64,000 nucleotides of DNA from Bacteroidia bacterium (GCA_014376805.1 JACMQU010000118.1:10212-74211), one strand, 5' to 3'. Numbered from the stretch's first letter, positions 10,509 to 20,634 are shown. The notes: generated by a model from the letters alone, not told the origin. Program-made: numbers and translations.

Positions 10509-11365
10509 TTTACCTGTTCTTAAGTATCCTCTTTTCTACTATTACAGTAAGTATGTTTAAGGTTTTTGAACGCAAAGGTGTGGATACATTCCAGGCCATT
10601 GTGATCAATTATATCATCTGTTCGTTAATTGGAAATATGCTTGCACCGCACACAATTATTACACAGCAGGTATGGTTGCAGCCTTGGTTTATTTATGCGT
10701 TGGCATTGGGTTTTTTATTTATAACCATATTTAATTTTATTGGGCAAACAGCGCAAAAATTAGGCGTATCTGTAAGTATGGTCGCCGCTAAACTATCTGT
10801 TGCAGTGCCTGTAATATTTGCAGTAGTATTGTACCACGAGCCAGTAGGTTCAGCAAAAATTGCCGGCATACTGGTATCCATGCTTGCGGTATATTTTATA
10901 AGCAGGAAAAATAATGAAGCCACGCATACGGAAAAAAAGTTGTGGCATTTACCAATGATTGTATTTGTGGGCAGCGGTTGTATTGATAGCCTGTTAAATT
11001 ATGTAGAGCAAACCTTTATTCCACCTACCGATGCCGATACAGTAATTAGTACGGTATTTACTATTGCGTTTTTATTAGGTTCAATTTATATGATTTACCT
11101 TATTGGTTCAGGTAAAAAAAAGTTTGCTTTTAAGAATGTGGTTTGGGGAATTATACTTGGCGTACCAAATTATTTCAGCATGTATTTTTTGGTTAAAACA
11201 CTAGAGCAGTTTCATGGCAGTTATATTTTTCCGTTAAACAATATTGGCATTGTGGCGGCCTCAACAGTAGTTGCAGTACTGGTATTTAATGAGAAGTTAT
11301 CGGCAAAAAATAAAGCAGGACTCGCGTTGGCTTTTTTATCCATAGTACTGATATCACTTTCATAA
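10505..11365 (+). CDS. Multi-pass membrane protein, DMT/EamA-like transporter
   Basis: 286 aa with about 10 predicted hydrophobic helices. It overlaps the ribD stop by 4 nt. Confidence 0.55.
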   Translation: MIYLFLSILFSTITVSMFKVFERKGVDTFQAIVINYIICSLIGNMLAPHTIITQQVWLQPWFIYALALGFLFITIFNFIGQTAQKLGVSVSMVAAKLSVAVPVIFAVVLYHEPVGSAKIAGILVSMLAVYFISRKNNEATHTEKKLWHLPMIVFVGSGCIDSLLNYVEQTFIPPTDADTVISTVFTIAFLLGSIYMIYLIGSGKKKFAFKNVVWGIILGVPNYFSMYFLVKTLEQFHGSYIFPLNNIGIVAASTVVAVLVFNEKLSAKNKAGLALAFLSIVLISLS

Positions 11366-11985
11366 TGTTGTTTACCGATGCTTATGTAACTGTTAACAAG
11401 CCTGCACAGGGCGAATACAAAGACCGTGGCAGCAGGTTTATCGGATTGATGTACCCCGTTAAAAGCGAAGAGGAAGCTAAAGAATTGCTCAAACAAATTA
11501 AGAAAGAACATCATTCGGCAGCACACCATTGCTGGGCTTTGGTGCTTGGTGCCGATGCCGTATTTAAAAAAAGTACCGACGACCGTGAGCCTGCAGGTAC
11601 AGCCGGAAGACCAATTTTACGTGTTGTTAATGCACACAATCTAACCTTTGTACTGGCTGTTGTAGTTCGGTATTTTGGAGGCAAATTATTAGGTGTTCCG
11701 GGTTTGATAGCTGCTTATGGCGAGGCTATACGACAAGCTGTAAACAATGCCGCAATTGTGGAAGTTATCATTTATGACTTGTATTTTATTGCCTGCACAT
11801 TTGAACGACAACACGAAGTAATAAAGTTACTTAAACAGGTTTCGGTAAAATTTAAGGCCATGGTTATAAATGAACAGGAAGGTGTTATCTTTGAGATTAA
11901 GCCCTCCCAGGTAAACCCGGTTCAGAAACTACTAAGTGAACTTGATTTTAAAGACCTGAAGTGGGTTCAGCCCGGAATGTTATAA
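11365..11985 (+). CDS. YigZ/IMPACT-family protein (UPF0029)
   Basis: 206 aa. The EYKDRGSRFIG, HHCWA and DDREPAGTAGRPIL blocks are typical of YigZ. Confidence 0.8.
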   Translation: MLFTDAYVTVNKPAQGEYKDRGSRFIGLMYPVKSEEEAKELLKQIKKEHHSAAHHCWALVLGADAVFKKSTDDREPAGTAGRPILRVVNAHNLTFVLAVVVRYFGGKLLGVPGLIAAYGEAIRQAVNNAAIVEVIIYDLYFIACTFERQHEVIKLLKQVSVKFKAMVINEQEGVIFEIKPSQVNPVQKLLSELDFKDLKWVQPGML

Positions 11986-11998
11986 ATACCATTTGCCA

Positions 11999-13756
11999 AT
12001 GAAAAAACGAATTTTAGTAGTGTTACTTTTAGCTTATATTATTAGCATAAATGCTCAAGCACAAAGTTCCACACGCATACCTCAAATACTTAAACCCGGC
12101 AATCGTTTAAGCGCAGTTAACGCCGCAGCAGCAAAGCAATACCTGCAACAACTTTTTTCTTCATTAACCATAAATGAAAACAGTTTAATAGTATTGAACC
12201 AACAACAAAGCGCTTATGGGCAACACATATTATTTGCTCATGTACACCAGGGTAAGATTGTTTACCAAAGCACCGTTAAAATAAATACAGATAACAACGG
12301 CAATGTACTCTCGGTAATAAATAACCTTATTTTGTTTGATGGAATTGCCGCACAACATGCATTAACATTTAAAAATAACAGTGCACAACCTGTATATGCT
12401 ATGGGTTCAGAAAAAATTGAACCCATGTATGTTAAAAAGCAGCAAAACGAATCGGGTGTATTTGAAGAACTACTCCTGAACCAAAAAGGGGAAGTAATAC
12501 AAACACGAACCCTTGATTTGTTTTTTGGACGTAAAGATACGGTGGTTCAAACCAAAGTATTTTATCCTGATCCTTTAACAAGTGCTCAAAAAAATTATGG
12601 CGATGATGGCGGAGTGTGGGTGAATAAAAATGGCACAGATTATACAGAATTAAATGCCCAACGCAAACAGGTTGCGGTGAGCCTGGAGTTTGAAAGCGAT
12701 ACTTTTTATACCGCTAACCCTTATGCCATTATAGTTGATATGGAAAGCCCGGCTACACCACCTTACAAAAGCACCGTTAATAATTTTGATTTTAAAAGAA
12801 GCCAGCCGGCGTTTAGAGAGATGATGAGCCTGTACCATATTAAACAATACCGAACCTATTTAAACAGCATTGCATTGCCATTTAGCGGCATGTTTAGAAT
12901 ACAAATAGATGTAGATGCATATCAGGGTCAGGATCAATCGCGTTTCTCATCGCAACAAGGTAAACCCGGATTGTTTTTTGGCACAGGCGGTGTGCCCGAT
13001 GCCGAAGATGCCGATGTAATTATACATGAATATACCCATGGCATTGCTTACTTTATAGCACCTAACACAACTGGCGGTAATGAGCGTCTTGCAGTAGAAG
13101 AGGCCAATTGCGATTTTATGGCCTGCCAGTACTCAAAAGCCATTAGCGATTATAAATGGCGACAAGTGTTTAACTGGGATGGCCACAATGTTTATTGGGA
13201 TGGCCGCGATGCCAATAGTGCCAATAAATATCCCAAAGACCTGAACAGCGATTTCTACAAATCCTCGGTAATATGGAGCAGTATGTTAAACGATTTAAGT
13301 CTGGATATGGGCCGCGACGTGTTGACTAAAATTTTGTTGCAGTCTATATACAATTATGCCGACGACATAACCATGCAGCAGGCCGCCGAAATGCTGGTGG
13401 CAGCCGATAGCCTGATGTACGGAAAAATGCATTATGGTTCGCTAAAAAACAGGCTTGTGGAAAGAGGCTTTGATGTATCAACAGGTTTGAACCAAAACCA
13501 TGAACTTGAAAATAAAGTAGCTATACTAAACACGGCAGGCTTTGCAATGGGCAATGGTGATATACAAATTACCACAAATTTACAAAGCGGCATAACTTAC
13601 GAACTGATAAACATGGAAGGCAAAACGATACTAAGTCAACAAGCGTCGCAACAAATGTTTAGCATCAGTCCGCAGGCATTAAGCAAAGGCATGTATTTGT
13701 TGAAGATAAGCTCGGGAGGAGTGAGTTTTGTGAGCAAGGTTGTGCGGGTTGAGTAG
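11999..13756 (+). CDS. Secreted M36/fungalysin-like zinc metalloprotease with a T9SS C-terminal sorting domain
   Basis: The ATG at 11999 gives the signal peptide MKKRILVVLLLAYIISINAQA. The HExxH motif sits in the context VIIHEYTHGIAY, and the C-terminal ~80 aa end ..KGMYLLKISSGGVSFVSKVVRVE, a type-A CTD pattern. Confidence 0.75.
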   Translation: MKKRILVVLLLAYIISINAQAQSSTRIPQILKPGNRLSAVNAAAAKQYLQQLFSSLTINENSLIVLNQQQSAYGQHILFAHVHQGKIVYQSTVKINTDNNGNVLSVINNLILFDGIAAQHALTFKNNSAQPVYAMGSEKIEPMYVKKQQNESGVFEELLLNQKGEVIQTRTLDLFFGRKDTVVQTKVFYPDPLTSAQKNYGDDGGVWVNKNGTDYTELNAQRKQVAVSLEFESDTFYTANPYAIIVDMESPATPPYKSTVNNFDFKRSQPAFREMMSLYHIKQYRTYLNSIALPFSGMFRIQIDVDAYQGQDQSRFSSQQGKPGLFFGTGGVPDAEDADVIIHEYTHGIAYFIAPNTTGGNERLAVEEANCDFMACQYSKAISDYKWRQVFNWDGHNVYWDGRDANSANKYPKDLNSDFYKSSVIWSSMLNDLSLDMGRDVLTKILLQSIYNYADDITMQQAAEMLVAADSLMYGKMHYGSLKNRLVERGFDVSTGLNQNHELENKVAILNTAGFAMGNGDIQITTNLQSGITYELINMEGKTILSQQASQQMFSISPQALSKGMYLLKISSGGVSFVSKVVRVE

Positions 13757-14668
13757 GGGGAAGTGGGCTATGATATTGCTCTAAGTGAAGGGATCTAATT
13801 CCTCTTTTTTTGATTTGAGAAATGTAGTCTGACAGGTTAACCTGGTACCACATCTATGTGTCGACCAATAATAAGAAGCAAATAATATTTCTTTAGTTTT
13901 AATATGGCTAACCTTTAACGTTACAGCTATTATTGTTGTTATGCATAATTGTTAAAAAATTACCTGCATGCCAAATAATTAAATAATTTTTTGAGTAAAC
14001 TCCTGGTAAAAACCGGGCGGTAAAGAACATAACGAACAAATGCGTGAAGGTGGCATAGTTGGCAGAACGTAAATCCCTCATCTCGCAACACCAATTTAAT
14101 GGATGTATTTAAATTTATCACCCATCGCAAATCATCAACAAAAGAAACTAATCCCTCATTGTACAATACCAAAAATTTAGATTTATTTGCAATCATAACT
14201 TATCGAAAATCATCTTCTATGCATTCTGCTTTTATTTACGTTAATAAAAAATTTGTATATTTTTAGTCAGGTTAAAACCAATTGTGAGATGATATATATT
14301 AGTGATAACTCATTAGAAAAAATTCAAAAATTTAATTGCTCTTCAAATACAGCGATCTATCAAAATGAATTATAATTTTCTATAAATGCTACCCCACAAT
14401 TAAATTCTTTCATAGATTTTACTTCGGTTTATATAGAATTGATTTTGATGTAACAGAAATAATTTATGCCCACTTGTATTTGTCGTTTATTATCACAAGT
14501 TTTACATACTGGTATGTGAATAGGTTTAGACTTTGCCGTTAAGGCAAATTTAAAAAGGATACTACAATCAAAAGGTCCGCAGATAAGAGAACGTCCTAAG
14601 GTAAAACTTATGGATACCTCATTAGACGATACAAAAATGTAGTCCAACGAACATCCTTAAAAAAGGAA

Positions 14669-14676
14669 TATATTTG
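14669..14676 (+). promoter_or_regulatory. Candidate -7 box (TATATTTG) for the RCC1-repeat gene
   Basis: Exact TAnnTTTG match, 20 nt upstream of the ATG at 14697. Confidence 0.45.
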
Positions 14677-14696
14677 AAAAAACAAAAACGGGAAAA

Positions 14697-16085
14697 ATGA
14701 AAAAGAAATTGCTACACTTAATATTAATTACAGCCCTCGCAATATTTGGGTTAAACAATCAGTTAAAGGCGCAATTAATTGCAGCTGGAGGAAATCACTC
14801 TCTTTTTATTTGCAGTGATAGCACTGTAAAAACCTGGGGAAGCAATGCACAAGGTCAACTTGGAAATGGAACGAATACTGACAGCAGCATTCCTGTGTCC
14901 GTAAGTTCTCTCACGGGTATAACTAACATCGCAGGGGGGTTACTTCATTCCCTTGCCCTGAAAAGTGATGGGACAGTGAAAACCTGGGGAATAAATAGCG
15001 ATGGTCAACTTGGAAATGGGACTAACATCGATGCCAATATACCTTTGCAGGTAAGTTCTCTCCTAAACATCATCGCTATTGAAGGAGGGTATTATCATTC
15101 CCTTGCTTTAAAAAATGACGGTACGGTGAGAGGTTGGGGAAGAAATGGACAAGGTCAACTTGGAAATGGAAATAATACCTCGAGCAATTTACCCGTGCAA
15201 GCGAGTTCTCTAACGGGTATCATAAAAATTGCGGCAGGAAATGGACAATCACTTGCTCTTAAAAATGACGGTACAGTATGGGCCTGGGGAGCCAATGGCG
15301 ATGGTCAACTTGGAAACGGAACTAATGCAGATAGCAATGTTCCTGTGCAGGTAAGTGTGCTTACAGGTATTATTAACATTACAGCAGGTAACAGGCATTC
15401 TCTTGCCTTAAAAAATGATGGCACAGTTTGGGTTTGGGGATACAACAACAAGGGGCAATTGGGAAATGGTACAACTACAAATAGCAATGTTCCGGTGCAA
15501 GTAAGTTCACTCACAGGCATTATCGCTATTGCAGCAGGAGTTCAGCATTCCCTTTGTTTGAAAACTAACGGCACTGTGTGGGCTATGGGTAACAATGTTA
15601 ATGGCGAACTTGCAAATGGAACTTATATCAACAGCAGTATACCGGTGCAGGTAAGTTCGTTAACAAACATTACAGCCATTGCAACTGGATTTGGGCATTC
15701 TCTATCCTTGAAAAATGACGGCACAGTTTGGTCTTGGGGTAACAATGTATCTGGTCAACTTGGAAATGGTACCACTACCAACGGCAATCTTCCAGTGCAT
15801 GCTACAGGACTGTGTGTAGTGACAGCAATAAAAGAAAATCTTATTGAAAATTTGATCTCTGTTTACCCAAATCCATCTAGTGGGATTTTTCAATTGACTT
15901 TTAACAATATGCTATCAACGATTGGCGAAATTGAAATATTTAATATGTTTGGCGAAAATGTTTATACAACATGTAACATAAAACAGCAAATGCAAATAGA
16001 CCTTTCTCACTTATCAAAAGGTGTTTATTTTATAAAAGTTTATAGCGGAGCAAAAGTGTATAATCAGAAAATTGTTATTCAATAA
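14697..16085 (+). CDS. RCC1-repeat (seven-blade beta-propeller) protein with a T9SS C-terminal sorting domain
   Basis: Signal peptide, then seven repeats of ..HSLALKNDGTVW.WG.N..GQLGNGT...S..PVQVS.L.. The C-terminus VYPNPSSGIFQL...GVYFIKVYSGAKVYNQKIVIQ is a T9SS CTD. Confidence 0.88.
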   Translation: MKKKLLHLILITALAIFGLNNQLKAQLIAAGGNHSLFICSDSTVKTWGSNAQGQLGNGTNTDSSIPVSVSSLTGITNIAGGLLHSLALKSDGTVKTWGINSDGQLGNGTNIDANIPLQVSSLLNIIAIEGGYYHSLALKNDGTVRGWGRNGQGQLGNGNNTSSNLPVQASSLTGIIKIAAGNGQSLALKNDGTVWAWGANGDGQLGNGTNADSNVPVQVSVLTGIINITAGNRHSLALKNDGTVWVWGYNNKGQLGNGTTTNSNVPVQVSSLTGIIAIAAGVQHSLCLKTNGTVWAMGNNVNGELANGTYINSSIPVQVSSLTNITAIATGFGHSLSLKNDGTVWSWGNNVSGQLGNGTTTNGNLPVHATGLCVVTAIKENLIENLISVYPNPSSGIFQLTFNNMLSTIGEIEIFNMFGENVYTTCNIKQQMQIDLSHLSKGVYFIKVYSGAKVYNQKIVIQ

Positions 16086-16206
16086 ATGAATTTGAAACTA
16101 ACTTTTTTGCCTGAGAACTTTCTAAAAAGTATCAGCATGTAGAACAAGTTATTGCTGTATACTTTCTGTGCATGGTATACGTTGGTCGTTAAAAGTTAAA
16201 GATATC

Positions 16207-17669
16207 TGTTACTGTTCACCCAAAAATATAGAATATTCACCATGTTAGGTTAACAATAAAGTCTATTTATTTTTTGTTTAGTTAAAATGTGAACTGATCT
16301 TTGATGTAATGATTGTGGTACCTGAAGGTTACATATTAATTAAAGAGTTAGATTATTTCAACCTAAAAGAAGATCACAAAAATCTTCTTAAGCTCGTTTC
16401 AACTTTAATGAATCGGGTAGCGGAATTGGATCCCAGTTAAATAAAAATAGCGGTAATAGTTCAAAGCCCCCTTCGAGTGATGGTCTGAAAAAGGTTATCA
16501 AATAACAGCGAAACAAGTGATAAGAAACCGGGTGGGCAAACAGGGCATTCTGGTAATACTTTAAAAATGTTAGAATGTGCCGATCGGATTATTGTTCATA
16601 AGTTAAGGTATTTGCAATTGCGGAGAAAGTTTAGGCAAGTTTCCGGTTCGCAGTATCCATCGCAGACAAGTTTTCGATTTGCCTGTAAAACTTATTGAGG
16701 TAACCGAACATCAGGTAGAGACAAAGCAATGAAGTTGCGGAAAAATACATGAAGCTAAATGTGAAGTTGGCAATCATGTTCAATACGGCAGCCGCTTTAA
16801 AGCAATGATGGTTTATCTGAACCAATACCAGTTTTTACCCTTTGAACCATTGCAGGAACTAAGCAAAGATTGTTTTGGAATAAGCGTGAGTGATGGCTTT
16901 TTAGAACTTAATAATAGGGTCTGTTATGAACAACTGAAAGGAACTGAATTAGCAATCAAAGAGGCGTTATTGAACAGTGGTGTAATCCATAATGATGAAA
17001 CAGGAATCCGTTGTGAAAGTAAAACACAATGGATTCATAGTGCCTCAACCACTCAATATACACATTACAATATACATCGTAAACGTGGTGTTGAAGCGAT
17101 AGATGAAATTGGAATACTAAATCACTATACCGGTATCAGTGTGCATGACCGCTGGAGCAGTTATGACCGATACGATTGTACACATAGCTTTTGCAATGCC
17201 CACTTACTTCGGGATCTGAAATTTTTAAATGAAGAAATGGAAAGCCATTGGGCAGGTCAAATGAAATGCTGATTGATAAAATAGAAAGGCAATATTGTAA
17301 AATACTTCGAGAAGGAATAGCAGAGCAACCACCAGATTCAGTTCCGGAAAAAGGTAAGCGCGGGCGAAAGGCAAAGTCAAAATCTGCAAGATTATTAGAC
17401 GTTTTCAATCAGCGTAGTCAAAACGTTTTAATGTTCATTTATAATCCGGATGTTCCATTCGATAACAATCTTGCGGAACGAGACTTAGAATGGTTAAACT
17501 AAAACAAAAAATATCGGGCTGTTTCAGATCTGAGACCGGTGCAAAAACATTTTGCCGAATAAGAAGCTACATATCCACCGTGCGCAAACAAGGCCACAGT
17601 GTGATGGACGCAATTCAACTTGCCATCAATAATAAGCCTATTGCTATTTGGGTGGGGTGAACAGTAACA
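16207..17669 (+). mobile_element. Decayed IS66-family insertion sequence (single-ORF, ISBst12-like size, 1463 bp)
   Basis: Perfect 15-bp terminal inverted repeat: TGTTACTGTTCACCC at 16207..16221 and GGGTGAACAGTAACA at 17655..17669, with imperfect extension inward. It encloses IS66 transposase fragments. I see no clear target-site duplication. Confidence 0.85.
16311..17660 (+). pseudogene. IS66-family transposase, broken by multiple frameshifts and stops
   Basis: Fragments lie in different frames: ..QLNKNSGNSSKPPSSDGLKK.. (about 16431), ..RQVFDLPVKLIEVTEHQVETK.., ..VQYGSRFKAMMVYLNQYQFLPFE.., IHNDETGIRCESKTQWIHSAST...VHDRWSSYDRY..HSFCNAHLLRDLKFL (16805..17272), ..VPFDNNLAERDL.. and ..KISGCFRSETGAKTFCRIRSYISTVRKQG.. 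(ends at TGA 17660). Confidence 0.88.
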
Positions 17670-18057
17670 AAATGCTATATATTAAAGAGGCCGGTTTGCA
17701 ATAAGTATTTCACCCATGCTACAAGAATAATAAATTTTGCCAAAACATGAAAACCTTTTAGAATGAAGTAAGAAGGACAATTATGTTTAGCAGGCAATTC
17801 ATATTGCTTATTTGCCATTTAAAACTGCATGTCTATTTATAATGCCACGGGAAGGGACAAGCGGTTAGACAGTATATAGGTTATTTTGGTATTTGTGGTT
17901 CAATGCAAATTCAATACTTTCGTTCATACAACTTCGGGGTATAGATTTGAGCCCACAAAAGAATTCTTTTACTTGGAACGTTATGTATGATGCCTATGTT
18001 TATTAAAACTCGAAATATGTGCGATACATTTCGGTATTTTTTTTATATCGTAGTTAA

Positions 18058-18581
18058 TTGAAAAAAAATCATAACAAGGGTCTTAGCTTCGTTATCGACA
18101 AAATTACCAATTCAATCGAGAATACCTCAACCAAAGAAGTTTCGATAAGTCAATTGTGCAGGTAACCGACAGGGACAAATCTCAATTAAAAAAATCATTA
18201 TGGCAGTTTAACTGGATAAAAGAACTTAATGATAAAAGTAAATGTGTTTGTAGACTAACAACTGTAAATAAACCGACTATTATTCAAGGTTTAATAAGCA
18301 TCGAGGACTTGAATGACCGCATATTTATGCATTTGATAGAGAGTGCAAAATTTAATAACGGCAAGAACAAAATGTATTTAGGGGTATTTGGAAATCTTGT
18401 TGCATACGCGAGGATGGTTTCGGTGGACCAAGGATATGATGGGTTCCTAGCTTTTGACGCCAAAACGGAGCTAATTAAACATTATGAGGACTCGTTGGGT
18501 GCAACTGATTTTCGGGGCCTTAAGATGTTTATTAAACCTGTTGCTGCTTCAAAGCTAATTTCACAATATTTTAAATCATAA
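18058..18581 (+). pseudogene. Probably frameshifted gene of a small Bacteroidota family (acetyltransferase-like from memory, uncertain)
   Basis: A TTG at 18058 opens MKKNHNKGLSFVIDKITNSIENTSTKEVSISQLCR*. The 141-aa ORF (18156..18581) continues in another frame as ..SFDKSIVQVTDRDKSQLKKSLWQFNW.. Joined, the two read like one protein with a 1-nt frame change near 18137..18145. Confidence 0.4.
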
Positions 18582-18906
18582 CAAAAACAAAAATGGGACC
18601 AATAAGAGAACTTAGAAACATAGACTTCACAGTTAAATCTGAACCGTGGACAGAACAAGAATTAGTAGACTTCAGGATACTCATGGCTACCATTTAGACA
18701 AAAAAAACAACTGTGGGGAAGATTGCACCTAAATCCAAAAGGATGACGAAATCTACTACATAGAAATGTTGTTGGCATAATTTAAATTAGTAAATTAGAT
18801 ACTTCCGTAATTCACTTCACTCGGTATAATTGCGGAATCAAACCAACACAACCATTACCTGCCGGAACCTTATAACCACTTGAATTTAAACTAAGCAGAT
18901 TTTTGT

Positions 18907-18914
18907 TATATTTG
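18907..18914 (+). promoter_or_regulatory. Candidate -7 box (TATATTTG) only 3 nt before the MNT start codon
   Basis: Exact TAnnTTTG match. If it is functional, the transcript would be leaderless or nearly so. Confidence 0.3.
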
Positions 18915-18917
18915 AGA

Positions 18918-19217
18918 ATGAAAATTGAGGAGCCCCAAATTAAGCAAATTTTAGTGCTTTGTGAAGAAAACAAGGTTAAGTCTCTTTATGCTTTTGGTTC
19001 TGTAATCCGTGACGATTTTAATGAATTATCAGATATAGACCTTATTGTAGATTTCGAAGAAAAAGATCCTTTCACATACACGGACCTATACCTAAATCTC
19101 AAATCAAAACTTGAAGTTTTACTCCAACGGCAAGTTGATCTTCTTGAGGAAAGGGCAATTATAAACCCTCTTTTCAGGCAACGATTAGAAACCACTAAGG
19201 TTAAAATTTATGGATAA
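18918..19217 (+). CDS. MNT-type nucleotidyltransferase (antitoxin partner of HEPN/MNT modules)
   Basis: The ATG at 18918 gives MKIEEPQIKQIL... The GS-x(n)-DxD signature LYAFGSVIRDDFNELSDIDLIVDF is intact. The stop overlaps the next start in ATGGATAA. Confidence 0.85.
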   Translation: MKIEEPQIKQILVLCEENKVKSLYAFGSVIRDDFNELSDIDLIVDFEEKDPFTYTDLYLNLKSKLEVLLQRQVDLLEERAIINPLFRQRLETTKVKIYG

Positions 19218-19432
19218 TAACATTAATACCTGGTTGTTAGACATTCAACGAAGCATTGACGAGATTTTTGAATTTCTTGGAGCCAGTAGAGACTTCTTTG
19301 CTTACCAAAAGGATTTAAAAACCAAAAATACATAGCTATGACAACATATCTGATGAAGTAATTTGGACAATTGTCATCAGAGATATTCCAAAGTTGAAAT
19401 CTCAGGTAGATAAACTCATAGAAGAAAGGTAA
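19210..19432 (+). pseudogene. HEPN (DUF86-type) toxin gene remnant with an internal deletion and frame change
   Basis: MDNNINTWLLDIQRSIDEIFEFLGASRDFFAYQKDLKTKNT* stops at 19333..19335. The +1 frame from 19322 then reads PKIHSYDNISDEVIWTIVIRDIPKLKSQVDKLIEER*. The total is about 223 nt where I would expect about 330-360 nt, and the Arg of the Rx4-6H motif cannot be identified. Confidence 0.7.
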
Positions 19433-19546
19433 TTCAAACTTAAACCAAGATGTATTATGAAGATAATAATTGAGTGGTTTACGAAATAACAATAACCAAC
19501 AACATATCGTCATGGACTGAAATATTGACTAATATTTATAAAAAAA

Positions 19547-19888
19547 ATGATAGAATTTGACTGCGCTAAAATAACAATTACAAAAAGTAAGGATGAAATA
19601 AAAATTGATTTCACGGGAACAGATGAACTTGAATTTATGATATTTAAACGTGAATTTAACAGTGAATTTATGGCTGAATTTTACACGTACTCGAATTACG
19701 ATGAAGAAACATATTGGAGTTATATAAAAGTTACGGTAAATGAGAAAGCTATTGTCTTTTCAGTTAATAAAACAATAAAGATAAATCTATTCATTAGCCC
19801 TACAAAATATAAGCAACTGTTAACTGCATTGCGAACCATGATTGAATCAATTGGGAGATTAACGATAACTGAAGTTGAAAAACCTTGA
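19547..19888 (+). CDS. Hypothetical protein (113 aa)
   Basis: An ORF with a plausible start. I do not recognise any motif. Confidence 0.4.
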   Translation: MIEFDCAKITITKSKDEIKIDFTGTDELEFMIFKREFNSEFMAEFYTYSNYDEETYWSYIKVTVNEKAIVFSVNKTIKINLFISPTKYKQLLTALRTMIESIGRLTITEVEKP

Positions 19889-19966
19889 TGGCGAACCGGC
19901 TTTACCTGCGCCCTTAATTTGATGTAGATTAAGAGGGAATAATAACGCACCACTTAACTTTAAACT

Positions 19967-20518
19967 ATGAGAAAATTAATTGCAGCAATCAATATGACAT
20001 TAGATGGGTTTAGCGACCATAAAGCAATTATTCCAGATGATGAATTGCATGAGCATTATGCTAACCTGTTACGTGACTCGGGGGTTATTTTATATGGAAG
20101 GATTACCTACCAACTAATGGAATATTGGCGGCCCTTGGTTAAAAACCCCACCGGCAACAAAGCTACCGACGAATTTGCTGTGATCATGAACAACACTCCA
20201 AAAATTGTTTTCACCCACACCTTAAGGCATATAGACTGGGAAAGCGCAAGGCTGGCAAACCGAAACATTGAAGAAGAAGTTTTAGCCCTTCAACAACAGC
20301 CAGGCAAAGACATATTAGTTGGTAGTCCGTCTTTAATTGCAGCCTTAACACAACTCGGTTTAATAGATGAATACCAACTCTGCATTCATCCGGTTATATT
20401 AGGTAAAGGTTTAACTTTATTTAAAAACATACACGATAAGATAAATCTTAAACTCATCAATACAAAACGTTTCAACTCAGGTGCAATGTTGCTTTATTAC
20501 GAGGCAGGGAAACAATAA
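19967..20518 (+). CDS. Dihydrofolate reductase-family protein (RibD C-terminal domain type)
   Basis: 183 aa. The N-terminus MRKLIAAINMTLDGF, the LYGRITYQLM block and GSPSLIAAL..LIDEYQLCIHPVILGKG are typical of the RibD_C/DHFR-like family. Confidence 0.8.
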   Translation: MRKLIAAINMTLDGFSDHKAIIPDDELHEHYANLLRDSGVILYGRITYQLMEYWRPLVKNPTGNKATDEFAVIMNNTPKIVFTHTLRHIDWESARLANRNIEEEVLALQQQPGKDILVGSPSLIAALTQLGLIDEYQLCIHPVILGKGLTLFKNIHDKINLKLINTKRFNSGAMLLYYEAGKQ

Positions 20519-20597
20519 TTTTAAAATGAGAATTGATAAGTGCACTTATTAATTTTAGAGATGAAAAATATCATACGCAAATTTTAAAATAATAATT

Positions 20598-20634
20598 ATA
20601 TATGATGTATGAACTGGGCCAGGACATCATATAT
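20598..20634. terminator. Hairpin between convergent genes (possible bidirectional terminator)
   Basis: Perfect 11-bp inverted repeat ATATATGATGT (20598..20608) / ACATCATATAT (20624..20634) with a 15-nt loop and A/T runs on both sides. The stem is AT-rich, so it is weak. Confidence 0.35.

Noticed and set aside
13960-14196. A 78-aa minus-strand ORF contains ..FVDDLRW.., which is reminiscent of a reverse-transcriptase YxDD box.
   Set aside because: No other RT motifs flank it. The ORF is short and AT-biased, and a single tetrapeptide match is expected by chance.
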